A stretch of 23,547 nt of DNA from positions 1 to 23,547 of the forward strand of contig JBAXIL010000028.1 of NCBI GenBank assembly GCA_037138355.1, in the 5' to 3' direction. Below are positions 8,710 to 16,858 of this stretch, in pieces. Source of the DNA: a bacterium. Lineage in GTDB: Bacteria > Oederibacteriota > PGYV01 > Palsa-1178. Every line of letters begins with the position of its first letter. Position 1 is the stretch's first letter. Below the pieces are notes generated by a model that was given only the letters and a program-made list of their open reading frames with translations, searched no databases and was not told the origin of the DNA. The position numbers were made by a program, and so were the translations under genes.

Positions 8710-9831
8710 ATGACTTCAAAAAAAAGATTTTCAGTACTCTATTCCATAACTGGCTCAAAAAAAGAAGTTGCAGATAAAGCATTCGCTATATGTGTAGAAC
8801 AAACTATCGAGTTTCCCTATCATTTAGTTAAGGACAAATATATAAAAGATACTATTGTTGGTAAAATCGAATCAATAAAAACCGCAGGTAAAAAACATTT
8901 GGTCGAAATAAGTTACGCAAATGAAACTGCTGGTACAGAACTCACACAATTTTTAAATGTTGTTTTTGGAAACACCTCTATGACTCCAGGAATTAGAGTC
9001 GAGAAAATGTTCCCACCATCCGCTTTACTTAATAAATTAAAAGGTCCTCGTTTTGGAGCAGCTGGTCTCAAAAGAATAACAGGTATTTATAACAGACCGC
9101 TTTTATGTTCTGCCTTAAAACCTATGGGAACAACGATTTCAAAGCTTGCAGAACTAAGCTATAAATTTGCTTTAGGTGGCATTGATATAATAAAAGATGA
9201 TCACGGTCTTGCCAATCAGGGTTTCTCTCCTTTTAAAGAAAGAGTCACAGCAGTTTGCGAAGCAGTTAATAGAGCAAATAAAAAAACTGGTTTCAATACC
9301 CTTTACGCACCCAATATTACAGCAGACGGTTTAGAAGCAATAAATCGTGCTAAATTTGCAAAAAGACAAGGCGCTGGAGCGCTTATTATATCTCCAGGAC
9401 TTGCTGGACTGGAAACTATGAGAACAATTGTCGAAGATGACTCTATAGGACTTCCACTTTTTTATCACCCTGCCTTTCATGGCTCTTATTTTACCAATCC
9501 TGACTCAGGTTTATCACCATATGCTTTTTTTGGTCAATTAACCCGTATGTGCGGAGCTGATGCGACAATTTTTCCAAACTTCGGTGGTAGGTTTTCCTTT
9601 ACAGAAGAAGAATGTTCTATGATAGCCAAAGGTTGCAAGGATAAGCTCGGAAAACTCAAAGCCCTATTACCTGCTCCAGGCGGTGGTGTTACTATGGATA
9701 AACTTTCACATATTAAAAGTTTTTATGGAAATGATGCTGTTTTATTAATGGGCGGAGGATTATTTTCTACAGGAATAGATATCACAGAAAACTGTAAAGA
9801 GTTTAAAAGACTTGTGAGTTTAAAACAATAA
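8710..9831 (+). CDS. RuBisCO-like protein (form IV, KDDH type)
   Basis: ALKPMG, GGIDIIKDDHGL, YHPA, FPNFGGRF, PAPGGG, LMGGG. Lacks the K177, E204, R295 and K334 equivalents of true RuBisCO. Start at ATG 8710 with GGAG RBS (alternatives 8698, 8668). Confidence 0.92.
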   Translation: MTSKKRFSVLYSITGSKKEVADKAFAICVEQTIEFPYHLVKDKYIKDTIVGKIESIKTAGKKHLVEISYANETAGTELTQFLNVVFGNTSMTPGIRVEKMFPPSALLNKLKGPRFGAAGLKRITGIYNRPLLCSALKPMGTTISKLAELSYKFALGGIDIIKDDHGLANQGFSPFKERVTAVCEAVNRANKKTGFNTLYAPNITADGLEAINRAKFAKRQGAGALIISPGLAGLETMRTIVEDDSIGLPLFYHPAFHGSYFTNPDSGLSPYAFFGQLTRMCGADATIFPNFGGRFSFTEEECSMIAKGCKDKLGKLKALLPAPGGGVTMDKLSHIKSFYGNDAVLLMGGGLFSTGIDITENCKEFKRLVSLKQ

Positions 9832-9832
9832 C

Positions 9833-10006
9833 TTATTTATCCTCTGGTTTCTTTGTGGGAAGCTTCAAACCAAGTTTTTTCAACTTCAAATAATATGCAT
9901 AAATGTCTTCATTTTCTCCACGCTTAGGAACAACTATTGTCCTCGTAACAGTTTTTCTGGTACTTACAGATACTTGAGAACTTACAAACCCTTTTTTTCT
10001 TCCCAT
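9833..10006 (-). CDS. Small basic hypothetical protein, 57 aa (not in the ORF track)
   Basis: ATG 10006 preceded by AGAAAGGA; MGRKKGFVSSQVSVSTRKTVTRTIVVPKRGENEDIYAYYLKLKKLGLKLPTKKPEDK; occupies most of the intergenic gap. Confidence 0.6.
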   Translation of the reverse strand: MGRKKGFVSSQVSVSTRKTVTRTIVVPKRGENEDIYAYYLKLKKLGLKLPTKKPEDK

Positions 10007-10057
10007 TGTTTATCCTTTCTTCGTTTAAAATTATAAGTTTCATTTTCAAATTTATTC

Positions 10058-10861
10058 CTATAAATCTAATAATATTTCAGCATTTTTATGGAAAATCAAT
10101 TCTCTTTTACGCTCATCTTCTATAGTTCTTTCTATCAATGTTGCAATATCAGCCTGCCTAATCCAAGGATAATCAGACCCAAAAAGTATCTTATCCGCTC
10201 CGTGATGTTTAACTATATTAATAAACTCTTCATCTGGCATTATGGTGCAGTATGCTGTATCCAAATACACATTTTTACCGATAAGATACTTTCTCGCCTC
10301 ATTCCACATATTTAGCCCACCTAAGTGTGCTATTACAAACTTAAGTAATGGATAAGAATCTAAAACATCACTTATCCTTTTAGGAGTTCCCTTTATAGTA
10401 TCATAATCATATACTGGTTCGGAACCAGCACCAGCGTGTAAGAGAATATACAGATCTTCATTTTCACAAGCAGTATAAATCTTTTTCATTGACTCGTCAT
10501 CAGGAAAGAAGTTTTGTACTTGAGGATGCATTTTTACACCTTTAATTCCTTTTGACGCAAGATACGCTGCCTCTTCAGCCGGATTAGTCATATCAGGGTG
10601 CAAAGTTCCCAAACAAATTATATTTGTTTCATGCTGATTATATTCAATCATCATTTTGTTTATTGAATGTACTTGCTCAGGATTTATAGCAGTTGGTGCA
10701 TTTATTGATATATTTACTCCATCTTCTTTCATTCTTTTTTTCAAACCTTCTATCGCTCCATTTTGCCCTGAAAGGATAAGCCCTATGGACTGCAGATACT
10801 TTATATCAGCTTGCGTTCTTTCGCCTGTAAAAAAATGTGTGTGCGTATCAATTGTAAACAT
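10058..10861 (-). CDS. Amidohydrolase-2 family metal-dependent hydrolase (paralog 2)
   Basis: IDTHTH, GVKMHP, LLHAG, AHLGG, YLDTA, LFGSDYPW. Confidence 0.92.
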   Translation of the reverse strand: MFTIDTHTHFFTGERTQADIKYLQSIGLILSGQNGAIEGLKKRMKEDGVNISINAPTAINPEQVHSINKMMIEYNQHETNIICLGTLHPDMTNPAEEAAYLASKGIKGVKMHPQVQNFFPDDESMKKIYTACENEDLYILLHAGAGSEPVYDYDTIKGTPKRISDVLDSYPLLKFVIAHLGGLNMWNEARKYLIGKNVYLDTAYCTIMPDEEFINIVKHHGADKILFGSDYPWIRQADIATLIERTIEDERKRELIFHKNAEILLDL

Positions 10862-11662
10862 TTATATCCCCAAAAGTTTTTCAGCATTTGTATGATAAAT
10901 CATTTCTTTAACATTTTCATCTATCAAGTTTTCTAATTTTGATTTTATATTGGCTGCCGTTTCCCAAGGAAAATCAGTTCCAAACAACACTTTATCAGGT
11001 CCATGTTTTATTATCATTTTTACTAACATTTCATCTTTCATTTCAGCGCAGTATGCTGTGTCCAAATAAACATCAGTCCCTGCTATATATTTCATTACAT
11101 CATCCCACATTCTGTAGCCACCCATATGCGCAAATATTAATTTTAAATCTTTTATTTTTGCTACTTCAGCTAATCTTTGAGGCGTTGCGTGCGTTTGCGG
11201 AAAGGCAAAATCAGCTCCTGCGTGGAAAAGTATTATCAAATTATTTTTTTTACATGCTTCGTATATTTTATAATACTTGGCATCATCTGGGTAAAATTGC
11301 TGATACTCAGGATGCAGCTTTATACCTTTTATACCTGCTTTTGCTATAAACTCAATTTCTTCTTCTACATTCCCTACACTACTAAAATCAGGATGCATAG
11401 CTCCAAAACATATTACATTATCTTTACTTTTATTATATTCTATCATTCTACGGTTAATATGCAAAACTTGCTCTGGTTTAGTAGCTACTGGTGAGTTCAC
11501 AGAAATACTAACTCCGTCTCTTTGCATATATTCCTTCAAAGAAGACAATGTACCATTGCCATAAGAAACAATAACTTCTTTGGAATGGTTTTTTAAATGC
11601 TCAATAGTTTTTGGTCCTATCTCATCTGGAAAAAAGTGTGTGTGAATATCAATAAACTTCAA
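10862..11662 (-). CDS. Amidohydrolase-2 family metal-dependent hydrolase (paralog 1)
   Basis: TTG start with GGAG RBS; IDIHTH, GIKLHP, LFHAG, AHMGG, LFGTDFPW. Confidence 0.92.
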   Translation of the reverse strand: MKFIDIHTHFFPDEIGPKTIEHLKNHSKEVIVSYGNGTLSSLKEYMQRDGVSISVNSPVATKPEQVLHINRRMIEYNKSKDNVICFGAMHPDFSSVGNVEEEIEFIAKAGIKGIKLHPEYQQFYPDDAKYYKIYEACKKNNLIILFHAGADFAFPQTHATPQRLAEVAKIKDLKLIFAHMGGYRMWDDVMKYIAGTDVYLDTAYCAEMKDEMLVKMIIKHGPDKVLFGTDFPWETAANIKSKLENLIDENVKEMIYHTNAEKLLGI

Positions 11663-11680
11663 GGAAAGCTCCTTTAGGAA

Positions 11681-12019
11681 TTACTTTGTCTCATGTTTGT
11701 AATGAATTACTTTTATCTTTTCCATAGTTACTAATCCGCCTTTAATCATTTTTTCAAGTACTGGAATAAAATTTACAAGCTTGTCTTCTATATCCACAAT
11801 CTCAATAATCATAGGTAAATCGGAAGACATTTCAAGAATCTTTGCAGAGTGTATCCTACTCGTCTTACCATAACCCATAACACCTCTGGTAATAGTAGCA
11901 CCAGCTATGTTCAATTCACGAGCTTTTAAAAATATGGCTTCATAAGCAGGTTTGCCTTCAAACTTTTCGCTTTCCCCTACTACTATCCTTAGCAATGCCG
12001 ACTCTCTTGGAAGTTCCAT
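11681..12019 (-). CDS. DUF190 (PII-like) protein
   Basis: LLRIVVGE..GATITRGVMGYG..LEMSSDLPMIIEIVD; ATG 12019 overlaps the crcB stop (TAATG) and has a GAGGAGG RBS. Confidence 0.9.
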   Translation of the reverse strand: MELPRESALLRIVVGESEKFEGKPAYEAIFLKARELNIAGATITRGVMGYGKTSRIHSAKILEMSSDLPMIIEIVDIEDKLVNFIPVLEKMIKGGLVTMEKIKVIHYKHETK

Positions 12020-12423
12020 TACGCGCCTCCTCTTGACCACTTTAATATATACTTTGACAGTATCACTCCAGCAATTACAAGCAGTAAAGAACCTATATTG
12101 TTAACAAGAATATTTATGAGAGCATTTTTTATCTCACCATTATTAAACAAATTATAACTCTCTAAAGCATAAGATGAAAAAGTAGTAAACCCGCCCATAA
12201 AACCGACTAAAAGAAATATTCTTGTCTCTGGCTTCATAGTTGATTCTGTTGACAACCCCCATATAAAACCAGCAAGAAAAGAACCTGCAAGATTTACTGT
12301 AAGTGTCCCATAAGGAAATATAGACTTGACCTGCATAAACTGATTTACCCAAGTCGATAATCCAAATCTTGCAGCAGAACCTATGCCTCCACCGATTATC
12401 ACAAGAATAAAATTAAGAAACAT
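12019..12423 (-). CDS. crcB: Fluoride channel FluC/CrcB
   Basis: GGGIGSAARF, PYGTLTVNLAGSF, GFMGGFTTFSSY; four hydrophobic segments. Confidence 0.96.
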   Translation of the reverse strand: MFLNFILVIIGGGIGSAARFGLSTWVNQFMQVKSIFPYGTLTVNLAGSFLAGFIWGLSTESTMKPETRIFLLVGFMGGFTTFSSYALESYNLFNNGEIKNALINILVNNIGSLLLVIAGVILSKYILKWSRGGA

Positions 12424-13294
12424 TCATTTGCCTCGTTTGTTTAATTTTAGACTCTTCGTAAATCCTTCTATTTTGTTCCACTTTGTTCATAGTATATAAA
12501 TGAATACCCTTCACTCCATTGCTTATAAGATGATTAATCTGCCCCACTGTATATTTAACTGTATCCTCACATACCATAGTATGTATGTCGCAACTGGCTG
12601 TAGCTTTTCTAAATCTTTCAGGGATTTCTATACCACACATGCCAGCCATTCTTTCAAGATTGACAAGTTTTGTGGCTGTCATAATACCAGCCATTAAAGG
12701 AACCTTAATTCCAGCTTTATGAATTTTATCTCTAAAATTCAGAAAATGATTATTATCTAAAAACAGCTGTGTCGTTAAAAAATCAGCTCCAGCATCAACT
12801 TTTTGTTTTAAGTGTTCTATGTCAGCCTCTAATGACTTTGCTTCGGGATGTTTTTCTGGATAACATGCTACCCCAACTGAAAAATCATGACCACTTTTTT
12901 TAATAAAGTTCACTAAATCTGCTGCGTATTTAAAATCTTTTAATGGGTCCTTTTCACCAACAGGCATATCTCCGCGCAAAGCCATTATGTTTTCTACGCC
13001 CTTTGATTTAAACTCATTAAGAATTTCAGTAATAGAATGATATGTGGCACCTATACATGTCAAATGTGCTAAGGCAGGTATTTTAAAGTGATTAGTTATC
13101 TTATCAGCTATTTCTACAGTGCGACCTCTGGTTGAACCACCTGCTCCAAAAGTAACACTAATATAATCAGGTTTGATTTCCCTTAATTGTTCTATCGTTT
13201 CATATATTACCTGTATGTCCGTATCTGGCTTGGGCGGAAAAACCTCAAGCGAGAAAAGGAACTTCTTGTTTTTACAAATATCACTAATTTTCAC
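12413..13294 (-). CDS. metF: 5,10-methylenetetrahydrofolate reductase
   Basis: GTG start; SLEVFPPK, SVTFGAGG, AHLTC, ALRGD, ACYPEKHPEA, KVDAGADFLTTQLF, GIHLYTMN. Confidence 0.95.
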   Translation of the reverse strand: MKISDICKNKKFLFSLEVFPPKPDTDIQVIYETIEQLREIKPDYISVTFGAGGSTRGRTVEIADKITNHFKIPALAHLTCIGATYHSITEILNEFKSKGVENIMALRGDMPVGEKDPLKDFKYAADLVNFIKKSGHDFSVGVACYPEKHPEAKSLEADIEHLKQKVDAGADFLTTQLFLDNNHFLNFRDKIHKAGIKVPLMAGIMTATKLVNLERMAGMCGIEIPERFRKATASCDIHTMVCEDTVKYTVGQINHLISNGVKGIHLYTMNKVEQNRRIYEESKIKQTRQMNVS

Positions 13295-13361
13295 TATATT
13301 ACTCCTGTTTGTATATTAATATCATTATATATCAAGGTAAATATTAAACAAGCAATAATAT

Positions 13362-13392
13362 AAAAAAAGGACGGCTTTTCAGCCGTCCTTTT
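13362..13392 (-). terminator. Rho-independent terminator after the oxidoreductase/TIM operon
   Basis: Minus strand GGACGGCT-GAAA-AGCCGTCC followed by T7; perfect 8-bp stem. Confidence 0.9.
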
Positions 13393-13418
13393 ATATATAA
13401 ACTGCCAACTTACAGAAT

Positions 13419-14246
13419 TTAGTAATATTTTTTAATCAATTCCTTTACTCTTTTTACTGCTATAGGGAAAAACTCCATCTCGTTTTTTGCTTTTGCAGGT
13501 TTTTCTGCCTTAATAAACTCTTGTCCCTCATACTCTATTGATATATAACCATTGTACCCAGACTCTGAAAGAAGTTTTACGGTTTTATTCAGATCAAAAT
13601 CTGAAGTTTTTTTGCCATCTTTAGAAATTGTATGTATTTTCAAGTGGCAATATTTAGCATACTTTATGGTTTTCTTGATAGCAGCATATATGTCCTTATC
13701 GTGATAGTTTCCTGTATCCACATTAAGCATAACATAAGGAGAGTTAACATCCTTTAGGAACTTTAGAGTGGATTTTGAATCTGGCAAAAAGCCTCCACCA
13801 TTATGTGGTTCGATAACAAGCGTTATACCCTTACTCTTCGCGTACTCTGCCACTTTTTTCATTGAAGCTACTGCTTTACTCCATAACGCTTCTCTTTTTC
13901 CACTTGGTGGCCAACCAGCAAAAACTCTTACTACTGGAGCACCCATAATATCTGCAGCATCTATAGAACGAATGACATATTCTTCGTTTGACTTTTGTGC
14001 CGCATCATCTTCATTGCCAAAGTTATTTCCGGGAGATATGCAAGTAATTGCCAGGTTCTTATCCGTGGCATATTTTTTCAACTCTAATAAATGTGCTTTA
14101 TCTAAAGATGTCATATGTTCAATGATAAACTCTATGCCACCGAGTCCTGCTTTAGCATACATGTCTATCAAACCAAAATCGTCTATTTTTTTAAGTTCGT
14201 AAGAATAATGCTGAGACCAGGTTATTGCTGATAATTTAAATGCCAC
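13419..14246 (-). CDS. Sugar phosphate isomerase/epimerase family (xylose-isomerase-like TIM barrel)
   Basis: GTG start with GGAGG RBS; metal-ligand motifs IEPH, DTGN, HLK, GYNGYISIEYE. Confidence 0.9.
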   Translation of the reverse strand: MAFKLSAITWSQHYSYELKKIDDFGLIDMYAKAGLGGIEFIIEHMTSLDKAHLLELKKYATDKNLAITCISPGNNFGNEDDAAQKSNEEYVIRSIDAADIMGAPVVRVFAGWPPSGKREALWSKAVASMKKVAEYAKSKGITLVIEPHNGGGFLPDSKSTLKFLKDVNSPYVMLNVDTGNYHDKDIYAAIKKTIKYAKYCHLKIHTISKDGKKTSDFDLNKTVKLLSESGYNGYISIEYEGQEFIKAEKPAKAKNEMEFFPIAVKRVKELIKKYY

Positions 14247-14288
14247 TTTTTGCCTCCATATTTTTATTATTTATCTTTTTCCGTTGCT

Positions 14289-15323
14289 TTATACTATTAT
14301 CTTTTCAAACTTTTTTGTTTTTGCCGACTTAAAAGCAGCAAGCATGACCGCCATAGATTTCATTCCTGATGTACCATCACTAATGCAAGTAGCAGTTCCA
14401 TTGCAACAATTTACAAAGTGCTGAATTGGACCGCCTGTCTTTGCTTTTTCAGGTATTGCCACTTTAACTTCAGTGTTTCCGCCATAAGGATTTTTTAAAT
14501 CAACAGTCCAGGCACTAAGTCTTTTTCCGCCTTCAGTTCCACCATGAAATACAGTTGCCCTTCCTTTATGACCATACACTGTAACTGTCTGTTCATAAGG
14601 ATTAGTACACCAAGATGTGGAAAACACTCCCATAGTTCCGTCTTTAAAATTCAAAACAGCTTCTACAGAATCTTCAAGCTTATATTGTTTTTTTACCAAA
14701 TTAGACATGGTTGCAGCAACACTTTTAACATCTCTTCCTGTAATATATCTTATAAGATCCAATATGTGTATTCCTACATCTACAGAAACGCCACCACCTG
14801 ATAATTTCTTTTCAAAAAACCAAGGCGAATTATCTGACCAATTTTCTGGACCAGCGTGTCCTATTTTTCCTCTTACAGAAATAAACTTACCCAAAACTCC
14901 ACTATCAACTATTTCTTTTAACGCCTGATGAGCAGCATCAAATCTTTGGCTTTGTTCAACCATTAATAACACTTTATTTTTTTTTGCTGCAGCAATCATT
15001 TTTTTCATAGCAAGTATAGAAATAGACATTGGTTTTTCTACCAATACATTTTTTTTATTATTGGCTGCGAAAATAGACATTTCAGCATGTAAATAATTTG
15101 GAGTACAAACAGAAACCGCATCTATGCCTGCTTCTTTAATCATTTTTTTATAATCTGTATATACTGCAGGTATATTAAACATTCCAGCAAGACGGTCTGC
15201 TTTATCTTTTTGTAAATCACATATAGCTACAACTTCTGCTTCTACTACTTCCCTATAACCTGGTAAATGCAGTCTTTCTGCAATTTTTCCAGCACCGATA
15301 ATACCAATTCTAACTTTTTTCAT
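14289..15323 (-). CDS. Gfo/Idh/MocA family NAD(P)-dependent oxidoreductase
   Basis: IGIIGAGKIA Rossmann motif, CTPNYLH, VLVEKP, GGGVSVDVGIHILD; GGAGG RBS. Confidence 0.95.
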   Translation of the reverse strand: MKKVRIGIIGAGKIAERLHLPGYREVVEAEVVAICDLQKDKADRLAGMFNIPAVYTDYKKMIKEAGIDAVSVCTPNYLHAEMSIFAANNKKNVLVEKPMSISILAMKKMIAAAKKNKVLLMVEQSQRFDAAHQALKEIVDSGVLGKFISVRGKIGHAGPENWSDNSPWFFEKKLSGGGVSVDVGIHILDLIRYITGRDVKSVAATMSNLVKKQYKLEDSVEAVLNFKDGTMGVFSTSWCTNPYEQTVTVYGHKGRATVFHGGTEGGKRLSAWTVDLKNPYGGNTEVKVAIPEKAKTGGPIQHFVNCCNGTATCISDGTSGMKSMAVMLAAFKSAKTKKFEKIIV

Positions 15324-15379
15324 TTGTTTCCTCCGTTATTTTTTATAAATAATATATTTTTTAATCTTTAATTATGCTT

Positions 15380-15408
15380 ATTTTATTCCACGAAAGCGGT
15401 TTTGTCAA
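15380..15408 (-). promoter_or_regulatory. Sigma70 promoter with overlapping LacI-type operator (15390-15405)
   Basis: TTGACA-N17-TAAAAT; operator ACGAAAGCGGTTTTGT, 12/16 self-complementary with central CG. Confidence 0.75.
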
Positions 15409-15443
15409 GAAACTTTTATTAAAGCATATTTCTCAAAAGACAT

Positions 15444-15484
15444 AAAAAAAGAGAGGATGATTTTTTTACTCATCCCCTCTTTTA
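15444..15484 (-). terminator. Rho-independent terminator after the CBM lipoprotein gene
   Basis: Minus strand GAGGGGATGA-loop-TCATCCTCTC (one G-U pair) followed by T7. Confidence 0.8.
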
Positions 15485-15499
15485 TATTATACAACTTAA

Positions 15500-16741
15500 T
15501 TAATAGTAAGTGATTTCGTCCACATTAAGCGTGCCTGTGAAAGCAGCTGGGGTACTGTTTCTAACAAATTGCAATCCTAATTCCTGAACATCTGCAAGAG
15601 CAGGATTGCATGTCACTTTCAACCAACCTGATGCTGATAAATTATTCCAGAAACCATGCCATGCTAAGCCAGCGCCAGTCTTGCATGCTATCTGTACGCC
15701 ATAACCAACCATAGCTGCTGGAACATTAATCCACATATCTACTGACTTCGCAGATAAATCTAAAGGAGTAGCAGCTAAATTAACTTTTATGTAGCCTTGT
15801 GATGTCAATGATGCTGAAAAATCACAAGTCAGAAGCAATGAACCCGCACCTGCTTTTGCATTTGCAGCGGTGCTATCCCAGGCAAGAGCAGAAACAGCTA
15901 AATCAGTTACAGTATCATTTGTCCAACCCTGAACATCTGTATCAAAATTATATATCGCACCAGATACAACTGGTACATTTGTTACTGTCCATTCATCTGT
16001 GTAAAGCGTTCCTACAAAAGCTGGTCCAGAATTTCTTAATATCTGCATTCCAAATTCTGTTACATTAGCAAGATTAACATCCCAAGTGTAATGTATCCAA
16101 CCTGCTGTATCAATATTTTTCCAAGCAGCATTCCATGTTCCGCCTGCTCCAACTTTAGCAACCATTTGCATACCACAACCAACTAAACCTGCTGGCACAT
16201 AAACCCAAATACCAAATCTTTTACCAGTTAAATCTATTGGTGCCGCTAATACACTTTTAAACACATAACCTTTTGCATCAACTGCAGTTGATAAATCAAT
16301 TGCAACTGCAAGCGAACCTGCGCCATGTGTTATATAACTTGCATTAGTATTTCTGGTAAGTGATGTTACAGCCATTTCCCCTGCAGCACCAGAAGCAAAT
16401 CCTTCATCTGTTGCATCAAATGTCCAAGGTGGAGCAGATGCACCAACAGTTGCAGTTGCTGTAGCAGTAAATGTATTTGTAACAACAGAAGTAAATGTAT
16501 TGGTACCAACTGGCGTGTTTGTTCTTGTAAATGTATTTGTAAATGTATTTGTGAATGTGTTTGTGAATGTGTTTGTTCCAATTGGAGAATTAGTTGGAAC
16601 AGCAGTAGTAGGAACTACAGTAGCAGTTCCAGCAATAGGACTTGCAGGACCTAATTTTTTACTACAAGAAAACGAAAAAGCCGCAATGATAACACTTAAA
16701 GCAATCATGGATACAATAACCATACTAAATCTCTTGGTCAT
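15500..16741 (-). CDS. Lipoprotein with Thr-rich linker and two tandem CBM-like (galactose-binding fold) domains
   Basis: ATG 16741 with GGAGG RBS; signal peptide ending AAFSFS-C; TNTF repeats; two homologous ~150-aa Trp-rich domains (FD..GAGSL..DL..W..VPA..G.Q..K.GAG..W..W.N...GW..G.Q..F.GTL..DE). Confidence 0.8.
   Translation of the reverse strand: MTKRFSMVIVSMIALSVIIAAFSFSCSKKLGPASPIAGTATVVPTTAVPTNSPIGTNTFTNTFTNTFTNTFTRTNTPVGTNTFTSVVTNTFTATATATVGASAPPWTFDATDEGFASGAAGEMAVTSLTRNTNASYITHGAGSLAVAIDLSTAVDAKGYVFKSVLAAPIDLTGKRFGIWVYVPAGLVGCGMQMVAKVGAGGTWNAAWKNIDTAGWIHYTWDVNLANVTEFGMQILRNSGPAFVGTLYTDEWTVTNVPVVSGAIYNFDTDVQGWTNDTVTDLAVSALAWDSTAANAKAGAGSLLLTCDFSASLTSQGYIKVNLAATPLDLSAKSVDMWINVPAAMVGYGVQIACKTGAGLAWHGFWNNLSASGWLKVTCNPALADVQELGLQFVRNSTPAAFTGTLNVDEITYY
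16529..16576. repeat. 4 x 12-bp coding tandem repeat encoding (TNTF)4
   Basis: AAATGTATTTGT x2 then GAATGTGTTTGT x2; dispersed copies near 16469 and 16493. Confidence 0.9.
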
Positions 16742-16770
16742 AAACACCTCCATTATTTTAAATACTGCCT

Positions 16771-16799
16771 ATATTCACATACGATAGCGCTTTTGTCAA
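16771..16799 (-). promoter_or_regulatory. Sigma70 promoter with overlapping LacI-type operator (16781-16796)
   Basis: TTGACA-N17-GAATAT (weak -10, extended TGn); operator ACGATAGCGCTTTTGT matches the 15390 site at 14/16 in the same register. Confidence 0.7.
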
Positions 16800-16858
16800 T
16801 CAGAAAATCAAATAATATAAGAATATTGTAAAGTTATATATTCAGTTGATGATGAGAC

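Noticed and set aside
8668..9831. True RuBisCO / CO2 fixation (rbcL, cbbM)
   Set aside because: KDDH instead of KDDE, KPM instead of KPK, no HR and no loop-6 Lys; no small subunit or phosphoribulokinase nearby.
13295..13418. SAM or fluoride riboswitch upstream of metF/crcB
   Set aside because: The short AT-rich gap holds only the upstream operon's terminator and a possible promoter; no aptamer consensus.
6674..15323. Assignment to known D-apiose/apionate catabolism (split transketolase, RLP, Gfo and TIM families all occur there)
   Set aside because: No kinase, isomerase or transporter is present, the genes sit in separate opposing operons, and the RLP motifs look like the KDDH isomerase type. 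It cannot be fully excluded without phylogeny.
16469..16576. CRISPR array
   Set aside because: 12-bp in-frame coding repeats with no spacers and no cas genes.
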